Below the pieces are notes generated by a model. That model saw only the letters and a program-made list of their open reading frames with translations, was not told where the DNA came from and made no database searches. Below, one piece after another: positions 36,861 to 47,380 of a stretch of 64,000 bases of DNA; position 1 is the first letter of the stretch; every line of letters starts with the position of its first letter. This DNA comes from a virus, in the IMG/VR virus record IMGVR_UViG_3300030098_001779, positions 1 to 64,000 of that record, one strand, 5' to 3'. A program made the translations under genes and the position numbers.

Positions 36861-38615
36861 ATGGCTATACTACGAAGTGATCAATCACAAGTGACATTTG
36901 CGGCTGAAGCTGCCCAAGGAGGAGATCCTGAGTTAAATTCAGGTACTCGTCATACGGGTGGTTTTAATGGGTTAATCAACGACAGTAATGATTTACCTGC
37001 AGGAAGCACACAAATCACCTACGATAATGGAACTAACACTCTATATGTAGGGGATTTTATTAGAATTGGTAATGTAAATGCAGGAAGTAGTGAGTCTAGC
37101 AGTGATGCTGACACATCTACAGCTACTGAATATGAAATAAGAAGAGTAGTTCACTTTACAGGAACTACTGCAGGTATTATATTTTTAGATAGACCAACAG
37201 CTTTTTTTCATGCAAATAACGAAATTATAATAAATATAGAATCTACAGCTAGTACAGGATCTGTAAGTTATATTACAGACGTACCGGGAGTGTATGAAGC
37301 AGTTAGCGTGCCTGATATGGCACCTACTATAGAGCCTAGATACTTCTTAGGCACTACTGCAAAGAGACAACCTGCTGAATTTTATGCTGGACAACAATCA
37401 TTTTCAGGGGGTATATCAGATATGGTTTTACTTAACGCAAATCCTTTAAGATTTCCGATAGGTAAAATGACAACTGTACCATCGTCTGTAGCATCTGATA
37501 CTATTTTACTAGATGGAGCTGTTAAAAAAGGTGATATTTTTATTGATTGTGATGGAAGTGATGTGGGTAACTTAGCAGTAAACGATTATATCCAAATTAC
37601 AGATGATTCTGGAGGCACAGATACTTCAGAAGTTAGACAGATAATTGCAGAACCCGGAACTGATATATTTAGATTAGATAAACCATTAAGGTTTGATCAT
37701 GCAGATAATACTCAAGTTCATGAAGTTTCAGGTGGAGCTTCTCCTACAGGGCATTTTACACATACTATTACTCCTACAAATGACTTAGACACAATCTCTA
37801 TGCATGTGCATATGAGAGATAGTGGTGAAACTGCAGCAAATGACTTCAATAGAAGATTCTTTGGAGGAATGGTAGACTCAGCTACTATATCTGCAGATGA
37901 AGGTGGACTGTTAGCTTTTGGATGGGATACTATAAACTTCTTAGGTATGACACACAACCAAGCTGATCAAGCTACTGTAGGTAATAATATATACGCTGAT
38001 GGTGGGGGTTCAGAAGATGCTGGTATGCCTAAGTATTCTATAATGAATAGTATTACATCTAGTGATATAAACTTCCCTTCAAATAATCCATATTATTTTT
38101 CACAAGGATCTATCTCATTATTCGGACAAGAAATTGCTAGAATAAGAAGTTTTAACATTAATATTTCTAACTCAACAGAACCTAGATACTATATATCAGG
38201 CAGACATGGTAGAAACAGAGGACCGAATGAAATTAGAGAGGGAAGAAAAGCATATACCATGAGCTGTACATTAGCTCTACCAGATACAACTTCTGCATCA
38301 GCAAACACATTTACTGGTACTACAGGTGCATTAGAAATATTCAAACAGTTGCTTCTTGAAGGTAACTACGGTGATGCAGCTGGAGCCAAAGGTTTCGCGG
38401 TGCAAGTAGTATTTACAAGAGGAAGTAACGACTCAATAACCATTGATATTCCGGGAGATGGCTCTGCAGGAACTGGTATAAACAATCAAGGAGCATTTAT
38501 AACAGGTGCTCCACACAATATTACAGGAGATGGATCTGCGATGCAAGTAGATGTAGATATGATTTTCAGAGATTTGAAAATTACTGTTCTAGATTCTACT
38601 CCATCTTATGCATAA
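36861..38615 (+). CDS. Major tail tube protein with inserted decoration domains
   Basis: Position; IRSFNINISNS...EIREGRK tail-tube-like motifs. Confidence 0.65.
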   Translation: MAILRSDQSQVTFAAEAAQGGDPELNSGTRHTGGFNGLINDSNDLPAGSTQITYDNGTNTLYVGDFIRIGNVNAGSSESSSDADTSTATEYEIRRVVHFTGTTAGIIFLDRPTAFFHANNEIIINIESTASTGSVSYITDVPGVYEAVSVPDMAPTIEPRYFLGTTAKRQPAEFYAGQQSFSGGISDMVLLNANPLRFPIGKMTTVPSSVASDTILLDGAVKKGDIFIDCDGSDVGNLAVNDYIQITDDSGGTDTSEVRQIIAEPGTDIFRLDKPLRFDHADNTQVHEVSGGASPTGHFTHTITPTNDLDTISMHVHMRDSGETAANDFNRRFFGGMVDSATISADEGGLLAFGWDTINFLGMTHNQADQATVGNNIYADGGGSEDAGMPKYSIMNSITSSDINFPSNNPYYFSQGSISLFGQEIARIRSFNINISNSTEPRYYISGRHGRNRGPNEIREGRKAYTMSCTLALPDTTSASANTFTGTTGALEIFKQLLLEGNYGDAAGAKGFAVQVVFTRGSNDSITIDIPGDGSAGTGINNQGAFITGAPHNITGDGSAMQVDVDMIFRDLKITVLDSTPSYA

Positions 38616-38642
38616 GAAATAAAGTAAAGATAAGGAGGACAT

Positions 38643-38987
38643 ATGGGTTTCGATTTAGCAAAATATCAAATCAAATCTGATCCTAGTGAAGTAACAGTTG
38701 ATATCCCTGAAACAGGAGATAGCTTTGAAGTGACTGTAAAACCTTTAAGCTGGAGCAAACAGAATCAACTTCTGTCTAATTCAGTTATTATAGGTAAAAA
38801 TGGAGTCACAAGTTTTGATGGAGATGCTTATGTTAAAGCATATCTAAAAGAATATATAGTAAAAGCTCCATGGGGACCAACAAATGAAGCCTTTCTAGTA
38901 TCTATTGATTCTAGATTAGGTAAAGCACTAGAAAATTTAGTACCAAAAGTTGATGAATTAGATACTGATGAATTAAAAAAAGCGTAG
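38643..38987 (+). CDS. Tail assembly chaperone (gpG-like)
   Basis: Between tube and tape measure; ends in a slippery A AAA AAA. Confidence 0.7.
   Translation: MGFDLAKYQIKSDPSEVTVDIPETGDSFEVTVKPLSWSKQNQLLSNSVIIGKNGVTSFDGDAYVKAYLKEYIVKAPWGPTNEAFLVSIDSRLGKALENLVPKVDELDTDELKKA
38975..38981 (+). other. Programmed -1 frameshift site
   Basis: TTA AAA AAA GCG TAG; the -1 frame AGC GTA GAT GCC TTT TTG is continuous with ORF 38996. Confidence 0.7.
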
Positions 38988-38995
38988 ATGCCTTT

Positions 38996-39232
38996 TTGAA
39001 GGGGCATGATTCTGATCTACAAAGTGAGGAAAAAGTAATTTTAGGTTATTGGTCTCTCACTATCAGATTGCTTCAATTAGGCATACCTTGGGATTTTATC
39101 CAAGAGTTAAGTTTACCACAAGTTATAATGGTAACAACGCTTGCGGCTTCTATGCTCGAAGTTGAGAAAGAAAAAAACGTAAATGTTGATGCTGCTTATT
39201 CAGGAATGGCAGCCTATTATGGAGGAATGTAA
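38996..39232 (+). CDS. Tail assembly chaperone extension (gpT-like)
   Basis: No RBS; in -1 frame of the upstream ORF. Confidence 0.65.
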   Translation: MKGHDSDLQSEEKVILGYWSLTIRLLQLGIPWDFIQELSLPQVIMVTTLAASMLEVEKEKNVNVDAAYSGMAAYYGGM

Positions 39233-39235
39233 CCT

Positions 39236-40417
39236 ATGACCATGGAAAGGGGTGCCGGTAGACTCGGCAGAATTAGAAGAGCGGCTTCAGTTGCGGCTGC
39301 AAGTCCGGGTAGAACTGCGTTAAGAGCAGGAGCTATTGGTGGAAACATAGCTACATTCGGAGCTTCAGGATTTCTTGGTAAAACCTTAATGGGTATTAAG
39401 AAAGATATTTCTAGTCCTAATGGTGGTTTCTTTAAAACTCTTAGTAAAAATAAAGCGTTTTTAGGTATTAACTTTGGAGTAGGTTCACTACTAAAGCAAT
39501 CACAGGTATTTACTGGTATTATAGGATCAATATTACAGATAATTGGTGCAATGGTGGATGCATTTATAGCTCCATTTATAGTCCCATTGTTTGTACCTTT
39601 AGCTAAAAAAGCAGGATCATTCATTCCTAAAATTCAAAAATATTCTCAACAACTAGCAGAAAAATGGGTTCCTAGAATTCAAGAAGCCTTTCAAAATTTA
39701 ACTGGTGGAAAAGGACCATTTTTAGAAAGATTAAAAGAATTTATATTTGGTTTCTTAGATGGAGTACCTGAATTCTTAAATGATGTATTCGCTGGAATGG
39801 GTTTTGACGAATTTGGAGCATCAGTTGAAAGATATTCTCAGATGGTTGCAAATGTATTTAAAGCTCTATATAATATTATTTTTGATTTGATAATACCGGG
39901 CTTTGATAAAATAGGTGTTTTAATTGGAAATGTAATAGGTGGATTTAATGATTTAGGAAATGCTTTTGAATATGTTATTGCTTTAACTAGAGAAGCATTT
40001 GGAAAATTTCAATTAGGTATAGAAAATTTATTAGATATAGTAAAATTAGGTAGAATGAGTGATACTGAAGAAGCTATGTTACAATCAGATATAGAAAGAT
40101 TCGGAGCTACTAGAGACGAAATAGGAACTGCAATGTCCTTATCTAGACAAATTAGAAACATGGAATTTACTGATGAAGCAAATGCAGCAATGAAGAATAG
40201 ATATGGTATAGATGCTAGAACTGTACATTCAGGTGAAACTAGAGGATTACTGCAAGAAGGATTTACTCAAAGTGAAATACAAAATATGATTCAGGCTTTA
40301 TTCATGGATACGATGAAAACTGGTGGTAATGTTAACTTTAAATTCGGACAAGAAGGTGGTATGTTTAATAACTTTGGATCATTAATGTCAGCAGGATTTA
40401 GTAGTAACGGAAAATAA
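39236..40417 (+). CDS. Tape measure protein (short)
   Basis: Follows the G/GT chaperones; amphipathic and hydrophobic helices. Confidence 0.6.
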   Translation: MTMERGAGRLGRIRRAASVAAASPGRTALRAGAIGGNIATFGASGFLGKTLMGIKKDISSPNGGFFKTLSKNKAFLGINFGVGSLLKQSQVFTGIIGSILQIIGAMVDAFIAPFIVPLFVPLAKKAGSFIPKIQKYSQQLAEKWVPRIQEAFQNLTGGKGPFLERLKEFIFGFLDGVPEFLNDVFAGMGFDEFGASVERYSQMVANVFKALYNIIFDLIIPGFDKIGVLIGNVIGGFNDLGNAFEYVIALTREAFGKFQLGIENLLDIVKLGRMSDTEEAMLQSDIERFGATRDEIGTAMSLSRQIRNMEFTDEANAAMKNRYGIDARTVHSGETRGLLQEGFTQSEIQNMIQALFMDTMKTGGNVNFKFGQEGGMFNNFGSLMSAGFSSNGK

Positions 40418-40429
40418 ATAAGGAGAATT

Positions 40430-40975
40430 ATGGCAGAAGGAACACTATCAATACTATTAAGAAACGGAACACATGCCGCAGCTACGAAAAGATTAGCTTT
40501 GAAATGTGATAATATTAGTATTCAATTAGGTAGAACACCTATTCAGGTTCCTATTCCCACAACCACGCCACAGTTAATTGACTTAGGTACTATTAGACCT
40601 ACAATTTCTTGTGCTGGATTGGTTGATACTGTAGGTGGAGATACTACAAATACATCAGATACAGCTGAAGTAAGAGGAATGGCTAGTTTTAGTTACAATG
40701 ATGGATCTAGCAGTCAGACTTATTTTATACCATATAAAAATTATTTAGAACAATTCATATGTGAAGAACTATATTCTTCAGATAAACTCGTACAAGTACA
40801 GATAGGTGATCCTAGTGTAGGTATTGGTAGTTCAGCTAATGGTTTTTCAACTGGTGGATCTATTTATGAATGTGCTGTACAAAGTTGTAACTTTACATTA
40901 GTGCCGGGATTTGAAGATAGATATCAATTTGCATTACAATTCGTAGCAAAAACTGCAAATCATGTGTTTGACTAG
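40430..40975 (+). CDS. Distal tail (Dit-like) protein
   Basis: Position and size. Confidence 0.5.
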   Translation: MAEGTLSILLRNGTHAAATKRLALKCDNISIQLGRTPIQVPIPTTTPQLIDLGTIRPTISCAGLVDTVGGDTTNTSDTAEVRGMASFSYNDGSSSQTYFIPYKNYLEQFICEELYSSDKLVQVQIGDPSVGIGSSANGFSTGGSIYECAVQSCNFTLVPGFEDRYQFALQFVAKTANHVFD

Positions 40976-40983
40976 GAGAAAAG

Positions 40984-43900
40984 ATGGCAAAATTAGCAGA
41001 GCTTTATTACTGGACAGGAGATAATCCTAACCACAATATTACAGATCAATGGAAGAGAGCAGAAACAGCACAATCTGGAAATGCTCTTAACTATGTTGAA
41101 TTTACCCATGAATTAGGTAATCCTGCAGAGGCATATATTACTTTACTCAATCCAGTCCCTAACCCTTTCTCAGGAACACTAGATAAGAAAACTGGTCCAC
41201 TAAATATTTTAACAGCTTCTGAAGATGATGGCACAGCAAGTGCTGTATTTGCAGATTTACAAAGAGTATATTTAAGAGATCCTGAAACAAAAATTATATT
41301 AATAGCAGGGCGAATATATGATATTGAAAACGATTTTAATAAAATGCAAGGACATACAGTAAATCTTAGAGTAAAAGATGAACTAGAAATGTTAAGAGGT
41401 GTATATACCAAAGATTTAAATGAATTTTCTATAACAGGTGGTAGTACAAAAAGATCAGATGTAATTAAAACATCTCTTATTGGTAATGCTGCATTTAATA
41501 CACCTGCCGCATTAGGACTATCTAATAAAGTAGATACATCAGATTCTAATAGATTCAATGATTCTTTAAGAACTTACCCTACTAATTATGTTGGAAGTAT
41601 AGATTCAAAAAAATCCAACTCTAATTTACTAGGTATGATTGCAGAATTAGCTCAAGAAGATCCTAATGATAGTACAAGCACAACTATTGCAGATAATTTT
41701 GGATATGATTACTATATTGACCATAACTTCCAATCTGTAGACAATAGTGGAGCAGATACAACAACCCCACCAACACCACATTTAAATTATTTTCCAAGAG
41801 GAACAAGACCAAATTCAAATGTATCAAGTTTTGGTTTAACAGTTGAGTTTCCTACAACAGGAACTTTTGCTGAAACAGGGCAGAAAGTGGCAATGTTAGA
41901 TGACTTTGACTTTGAACGCCCTAAAAATGAAATATTTACAGATTGTACTTTAGATGGAATTAAAAATAAAGAGGGTGAATTTACTAAAAACTTTGAAGTT
42001 ATTAATGTTTCAAGTATAAGTGGTACATTTACATGGTCAGAAAAAGAATTTTCAAACGAAATAGATAGAACAAAAGTTGCTGGTACTTCAGCTGCGGAGA
42101 CTTTAAATTTATTAAATGCAGATGGTTCTGGTACTCCTACACCAGTAGCAACAGTTCAATATCAAAGTAAAACAAGTGGAAGTGGATATTTATTAATATC
42201 TGATTTGCTTGCTGCTTTTCCTTCAGGCACTACACAGGTCATGTTAAAAGGAGCTTCAAGTAATACAACTTGTTTATTTACTCCTAGCACAGATAGACCT
42301 AGAGAACAATTAGGTGTAAAAAGAACTTTTAGAACTAAATATGGATTGGAAACTGATGTAGATAACATTAGAAAAAAGATAGCTGGTAAACTTTCTAGAT
42401 CAGGAGCAAGTGGAACAGATATCCTAAGAGGAAGTTTTGCTTTTCCAAGGATGCCATATTTTTTTAAAGATGTAACACCAACTAGCAGTAGTAGCACTGT
42501 TTGTAATATGTCAATTAATCCAGAGTCTTTTGGGTTTGAAAAAGGTATGACAATAGGTACATTAGATTCATCAGGCAATATAGAAGATTTTAGCTATGCC
42601 TCAAACACTTCAAGTAGTTCTATTACTACTACAGGAATATCTGATACTTCTGGAAGTGCTGGATCTTTCTCTGGTTCTACCACAGCAAGATTTTTTGTGC
42701 CTGTAAGAGCAGGAGATATGATATTTGTATCAAATCCAACTGAAAGTGTAACCAGTAATATGTTAGTTACTAAACTTGAGTTCAGACAAGGAGCAGGTTT
42801 AGGACATAGTACAAGAGTAGAGGTAGTAGGTAAAGATGCAGCTGTTGGTGGCAAGGTGCCTAAGATAACTGTATCTAATGTTGATAATGGTGCAGGTACA
42901 GAAGGAACTAGAGTAGCAAGAGGAACATTTAATTTTAGTTTTCCAGATGATGGTTCAAATAATTCAGTAAAATTTACACCTAATGCATCTAATAAACACG
43001 ATCAAATTGACGTAAGTGCAGGTATATTACTATTTGATAATGGTGAAAAATTTGCTATAAGTGCTCATACTTTAACTTTAGGTACACTTTTTGACCCTGA
43101 TAATCCTGCTTCAACAACATTTAATATATATTTTGACCCTGACGCATCTGAAACACAATTTCAAATAGTATTACAGAATGGTTTTGATGCAGTTTCAGAT
43201 CATAATACAACCCTCATAGGTTGGGCAAGAGCTGATGAAGATCCTGCTGGTATAGTTGAATTTTTAATAGGTATAAATCCAGATGGTCAAAGTATTGGAC
43301 TGTCTACAGAAATACATAGCCCGAAAAACTCTGTATCTGTAGACTCAGGTGGATTAACAATAAGAGAGGGTGATGAGACAGATTCTTTCTTAAACTTTAC
43401 TAAATTAGTTAGCACCACTGATACTAATGTTTTAAAAATGTTCGTAGCTGATGCTTCTACATTTAATGGTAACACAGCAACAGGAGGTTCAGGTACACCA
43501 ACTGTAAACATGCAAATGTTTCTCGCTAATAGTAATTCAACTATGACTATTGGTAGTCTCGGTAACTTTGTTCTAAGACCTCATGCAAATGATGCTGTAT
43601 TAGGAACATCTAGCAGAGGTTGGAACACCATATATACTCAAAATTTATATTCTACTTCAGGTGATTTACAGCTAAAAAGTGGAGTAAGTTCTGCTAGTGG
43701 GGTTACTTTTGGAGATGGAAGCACTGGTGGTATTATAACTATAGGGACTGAAAATTCTTCTCAAAGCACAAGTGGTTTAAGTGAAGGTGGTAAAATCTAT
43801 GCTAAAACTGATAGTAAATTATATTTTAGAGCTCACGGCGATGGCACTGAGTATGATCTAACTGGCGGAGGAGGTGGTGGATCAACTGCATTAGATGATA

Positions 43901-44961
43901 TTACAGCAGGTGATGCCGAATCTACACTAGCTACAACAGCAGGTAATATAATAATAGATGCACAGGGCACTGACACTGATGTGATTATTAAAGTGGATGA
44001 TGCTGATACATCAGTCGATGCAGTTACATTTGATGGTAGTAATGCAGGAACAGCTTCATTTAATAATAGAGTAAGAGCTGCTGATGGTAGTGCTAGTTCC
44101 CCTACATTTAGTTTTACTGGGGATACAGATACGGGTATGTATAAATACGCTGCAAATGCACCCGGTTTTTCTACTCAAGGAAGTTTAGTTGCATATTTTG
44201 ATGATGATTATTTCTATGTAAAAGATGGACTTGTTGCTATAGATGACACTAATACATTCATAAATTGGGGAGTAGACTCGACTTTTGGTTTAGCGGATTC
44301 AATATACTTTGTTACAGGTGGCACTACGAATACAGTACACTACAATGGTTATGTATTTGCAGCTGAGGGTTTTATACCTTCTCTCACTGACACAGATACT
44401 TATGTAGATAATGGTGGGGCAAATGTTTTAAGAATAATAGCAGGTAATGCTACTGCAGCAGAATTCACAAATGATGGTTCAGACAATATGGAAGTGGGTA
44501 TAGCTGGAATACATAGCAATAGCTATAATTTAATAGTTAGAGGAAGTGCTGCTAAAACAGCTGGAGGCACTACATGGGTAGATGCATCTGATGATAGAAT
44601 AAAAACTGACGTGTTATCGCTTACAGGTGCAACTGAAACATTAAAAAAATTAAATCCAATATCTTTTAAGTATACAGATGAGTGGAGAACTGCAACAAAG
44701 AATAAATCTCACACTATGCATGGTTTCTTAGCAAGTGATTATGAGAATACTTTTCCAGATTTTACAGATGTCACTGATTTAAAATTAGTTAAAACAGCCG
44801 ATGATACTTACAAAACAAAAAGTAAAAGTGAAGAAGTGGGAGATGACGAAACTATAATGTATGAGGATGTTAAATTTATTGATACTACCTCATTAGTGCC
44901 GCATTTAGTTGCATCAATAAAAGAATTAGAAGATAGAATAACTAAACTAGAAGGAGAATAA
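40984..44961 (+). CDS. Tail tip/central fibre protein with C-terminal intramolecular chaperone (peptidase S74)
   Basis: SDDRIKTDV...LNPISFKY...HGFLA...LVASIKEL. Confidence 0.8.
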   Translation: MAKLAELYYWTGDNPNHNITDQWKRAETAQSGNALNYVEFTHELGNPAEAYITLLNPVPNPFSGTLDKKTGPLNILTASEDDGTASAVFADLQRVYLRDPETKIILIAGRIYDIENDFNKMQGHTVNLRVKDELEMLRGVYTKDLNEFSITGGSTKRSDVIKTSLIGNAAFNTPAALGLSNKVDTSDSNRFNDSLRTYPTNYVGSIDSKKSNSNLLGMIAELAQEDPNDSTSTTIADNFGYDYYIDHNFQSVDNSGADTTTPPTPHLNYFPRGTRPNSNVSSFGLTVEFPTTGTFAETGQKVAMLDDFDFERPKNEIFTDCTLDGIKNKEGEFTKNFEVINVSSISGTFTWSEKEFSNEIDRTKVAGTSAAETLNLLNADGSGTPTPVATVQYQSKTSGSGYLLISDLLAAFPSGTTQVMLKGASSNTTCLFTPSTDRPREQLGVKRTFRTKYGLETDVDNIRKKIAGKLSRSGASGTDILRGSFAFPRMPYFFKDVTPTSSSSTVCNMSINPESFGFEKGMTIGTLDSSGNIEDFSYASNTSSSSITTTGISDTSGSAGSFSGSTTARFFVPVRAGDMIFVSNPTESVTSNMLVTKLEFRQGAGLGHSTRVEVVGKDAAVGGKVPKITVSNVDNGAGTEGTRVARGTFNFSFPDDGSNNSVKFTPNASNKHDQIDVSAGILLFDNGEKFAISAHTLTLGTLFDPDNPASTTFNIYFDPDASETQFQIVLQNGFDAVSDHNTTLIGWARADEDPAGIVEFLIGINPDGQSIGLSTEIHSPKNSVSVDSGGLTIREGDETDSFLNFTKLVSTTDTNVLKMFVADASTFNGNTATGGSGTPTVNMQMFLANSNSTMTIGSLGNFVLRPHANDAVLGTSSRGWNTIYTQNLYSTSGDLQLKSGVSSASGVTFGDGSTGGIITIGTENSSQSTSGLSEGGKIYAKTDSKLYFRAHGDGTEYDLTGGGGGGSTALDDITAGDAESTLATTAGNIIIDAQGTDTDVIIKVDDADTSVDAVTFDGSNAGTASFNNRVRAADGSASSPTFSFTGDTDTGMYKYAANAPGFSTQGSLVAYFDDDYFYVKDGLVAIDDTNTFINWGVDSTFGLADSIYFVTGGTTNTVHYNGYVFAAEGFIPSLTDTDTYVDNGGANVLRIIAGNATAAEFTNDGSDNMEVGIAGIHSNSYNLIVRGSAAKTAGGTTWVDASDDRIKTDVLSLTGATETLKKLNPISFKYTDEWRTATKNKSHTMHGFLASDYENTFPDFTDVTDLKLVKTADDTYKTKSKSEEVGDDETIMYEDVKFIDTTSLVPHLVASIKELEDRITKLEGE

Positions 44962-44962
44962 T

Positions 44963-45160
44963 ATGCCAGATATAACAGTAAGTTTTACAGATGCTCAATG
45001 GACTAGAATAGTAGCAGCAACATCTCACATAAAGGGACCATCAATAACAGATAATCCGGGAGATGTAACTGTAGATTATTTTTCTACGTTGTGGAAACAA
45101 ATGGTTTCTAATAAAGTAAAAGAATATGAAAAGCAGCAAGCATCAGTTGATGACTTCTAA
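44963..45160 (+). CDS. Hypothetical protein
   Basis: AGGAG RBS. Confidence 0.7.
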   Translation: MPDITVSFTDAQWTRIVAATSHIKGPSITDNPGDVTVDYFSTLWKQMVSNKVKEYEKQQASVDDF

Positions 45161-45422
45161 ATTTAATAAAGAAAAAGCTCTAAAAAGTTTAGATGTATTA
45201 TTTGATATATTTAAAGATATATCTACAAATGCTGACGAAGTTTTTAAAAAGAGATGTCCTTATAAAAATGCAAAGTCTAGATGTACTGCTAAATTTGAAT
45301 GTAAAAATCAATATAATATTAAGAAATTTGGAGAAAGCCCTGTTTGTACAGGATCAGATTTACTTGATTACAGACCAGCGTGGATACCAGATAAAAGATT
45401 AAATTCTAATAATGAGACTTGA
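45126..45422 (+). CDS. Cys-containing hypothetical protein
   Basis: CPY...C...C...C. Confidence 0.65.
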   Translation: MKSSKHQLMTSKFNKEKALKSLDVLFDIFKDISTNADEVFKKRCPYKNAKSRCTAKFECKNQYNIKKFGESPVCTGSDLLDYRPAWIPDKRLNSNNET

Positions 45423-45792
45423 TACTAAAGTAATTAAATATAGGAATCAAAACCCTTTTATGTCAACACGTCAGATTGCAAGAGAGGTTGGAGCTTCTGT
45501 AAGTTGGGTGCATAACATATTAAAAACAGCTAACTTACCTACAAACCCACCTAAGAAGAAAAAGATTACTTATATCTGCCCAGAATGTAAACAACTTGTT
45601 AATGCTAGACGTAAATTCTGTAGTGAAAAATGTAAATACAACTATAGAAATCCTTTACTTACTTGTCATTATTGCCACGCAAAGTTCAGAAGATCTAGGT
45701 CAAGAGTAATAGCAGCCATAAAAAGAGGCTGTGATCACATATATTGTGACCAAAAATGTACAAATAGAGCAAAAAGAGACAAAATTACTTGA
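45412..45792 (+). CDS. HTH plus Zn-finger DNA-binding protein
   Basis: STRQIAREVGASVSWVHNIL; CPEC...FCSEKC; CHYC...YCDQKC. Confidence 0.75.
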   Translation: MRLDTKVIKYRNQNPFMSTRQIAREVGASVSWVHNILKTANLPTNPPKKKKITYICPECKQLVNARRKFCSEKCKYNYRNPLLTCHYCHAKFRRSRSRVIAAIKRGCDHIYCDQKCTNRAKRDKIT

Positions 45793-45818
45793 CACGCCTA
45801 CCCCAAATATGATATAAT
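45789..45818 (+). promoter_or_regulatory. sigma70-type promoter
   Basis: TTGACA-N18-TATAAT. Confidence 0.8.
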
Positions 45819-45824
45819 TAATAA

Positions 45825-45956
45825 TGTATTAAGGAATAAAGTTATTATTCTGAAGTCGCCCTTGACTACAACTGAGAGTATCAGGGGCAAGAGAGAGAAA
45901 CTCAGAACTCTCTCTAAGACATAGTGCGAATTAATAACATTTATTCCATTAATACA
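45825..45956 (+). ncRNA. Candidate structured RNA with kissing loops
   Basis: ~26-bp closing stem plus two hairpins with complementary loops CUGAG/CUCAG. Confidence 0.6.
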
Positions 45957-46035
45957 ATGATACGGATGGGGAGATGCAGATAAATCATTGGATTACTGCA
46001 CTCCCCTCTCTATAAATTAATTATTAGGAGGAGAT

Positions 46036-46446
46036 ATGACAATAGCAACGAAAACAGCTGACCCTTTTGACATTTTTGCAGACTTTTTTAGTGATAAGTG
46101 GGTGGGTTCAACAATCCACAAGTATCCATTGGATGTAATTGAATCAGATACAGGGTATGAAGTCAAAATTTCACTACCGGGTGTAGAAAAGGGTAACCTT
46201 TCTGTAACCTTAGATAAAGACACTTTAATAATAGAAGCAACAACTTCTGAAACTAAGAGTGATAAGAACAAATATTTATACAGAGGTATAAAGACAGGTT
46301 CTTATAAAAAACATATTTCAGTAAAAGATTATGGTGTAGATTCTAAGAAGATTAGCTCTAGCTACAAAAATGGAATCTTAACTATAACTTTACCTAAACA
46401 TAAAGAAGCTAAACCTCAAACAATACAAGTAGCCATGGAGAGTTAG
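46036..46446 (+). CDS. hsp20: Small heat-shock protein (Hsp20 family)
   Basis: PLDVIE...LPGVEK...YKNGILTITLPK. Confidence 0.9.
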   Translation: MTIATKTADPFDIFADFFSDKWVGSTIHKYPLDVIESDTGYEVKISLPGVEKGNLSVTLDKDTLIIEATTSETKSDKNKYLYRGIKTGSYKKHISVKDYGVDSKKISSSYKNGILTITLPKHKEAKPQTIQVAMES

Positions 46447-46449
46447 CAA

Positions 46450-46983
46450 ATGGAGATAAACGATGAATTGATTAGGCAATGGGAACCTAAGATTCATAAA
46501 ATGCTCCAAACATCGTATGTAGTAGGGTATGATCGAGAAGATTTAGCACAAGAACTTAGAATCGCTATTATGAAAGCGGCTAAGGCATATAAAGCAGACA
46601 GAGGTAGCATCTTTCATACCTACTTACATACCACGATGGTAAACACGATCAGAACTTTAATCAGTAAGGCACAGAAAAAGCCTATGACTGTAAGCTATGA
46701 TGAAACATTTTTAGACTATGAATCTGATTTTTTACCTGATTTTATAGCAAAAGCTATTGGATATGAGGAAGAATGGGAATTACTAGAACTAAAAGATGAA
46801 TTATCAAAGTTTAATTTATCTGAACGTGAGAAAAGATTTGTTGAGTTAAGATTAGAAGGTTGGACTATGGATGAGATATCTGATGATATTGAGAAATCTG
46901 CATACAGAGTGCGTCAAAATCTTAGAACAAAGGTAGAGAAGATATTTTATGGTCAAGAGAACAAAGAAGAAGAGTCAATATAA
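46450..46983 (+). CDS. Phage sigma70-family RNA polymerase sigma factor
   Basis: Region 2 REDLAQE..AAKAY..RGSIFHTY; region 4 LSEREKRFVELR..GWTMDEIS. Confidence 0.85.
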   Translation: MEINDELIRQWEPKIHKMLQTSYVVGYDREDLAQELRIAIMKAAKAYKADRGSIFHTYLHTTMVNTIRTLISKAQKKPMTVSYDETFLDYESDFLPDFIAKAIGYEEEWELLELKDELSKFNLSEREKRFVELRLEGWTMDEISDDIEKSAYRVRQNLRTKVEKIFYGQENKEEESI

Positions 46984-47380
46984 TTCAAACGATTTATTTA
47001 AAGAATTTGAAGCGTTATATTCTAAGCAACATAAAAAAGAATATAAGGCTAGAAACTTTATTGGTAATGAAATGAAGTCTTTAAAAAATCTTTTGGAGAA
47101 ATATTCTGTATATGAGATACTATCAGCAATGTATAATTGCATAATTAGAAATCCTGATAGTATTTCTGTTAACTATTTTGCAAATGGTATTAAGTATTAT
47201 CTAACAGACTACGATCCGCAATTGTATTGGTCTGTTGTATCCTCTCCAGATCCTAGTATGAAAAAGAAGTGGAGAGCTTTTACTATTTTAAATTCTAAAT
47301 GGTTACCTACTGCGACAGATAAGAAAAGATTAAAAGCACTAGAAGAGCAATTACAAGGAGCTATAAATGAAGAGAAGTAG
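46949..47380 (+). CDS. Hypothetical protein (possible replication factor)
   Basis: 143 aa upstream of helicase. Confidence 0.65.
   Translation: MVKRTKKKSQYNSNDLFKEFEALYSKQHKKEYKARNFIGNEMKSLKNLLEKYSVYEILSAMYNCIIRNPDSISVNYFANGIKYYLTDYDPQLYWSVVSSPDPSMKKKWRAFTILNSKWLPTATDKKRLKALEEQLQGAINEEK

Noticed and set aside
23598-43511. Many - strand ORFs opposite tail genes
   Set aside because: Antisense shadows of codon-biased + strand genes; no RBS or promoters.
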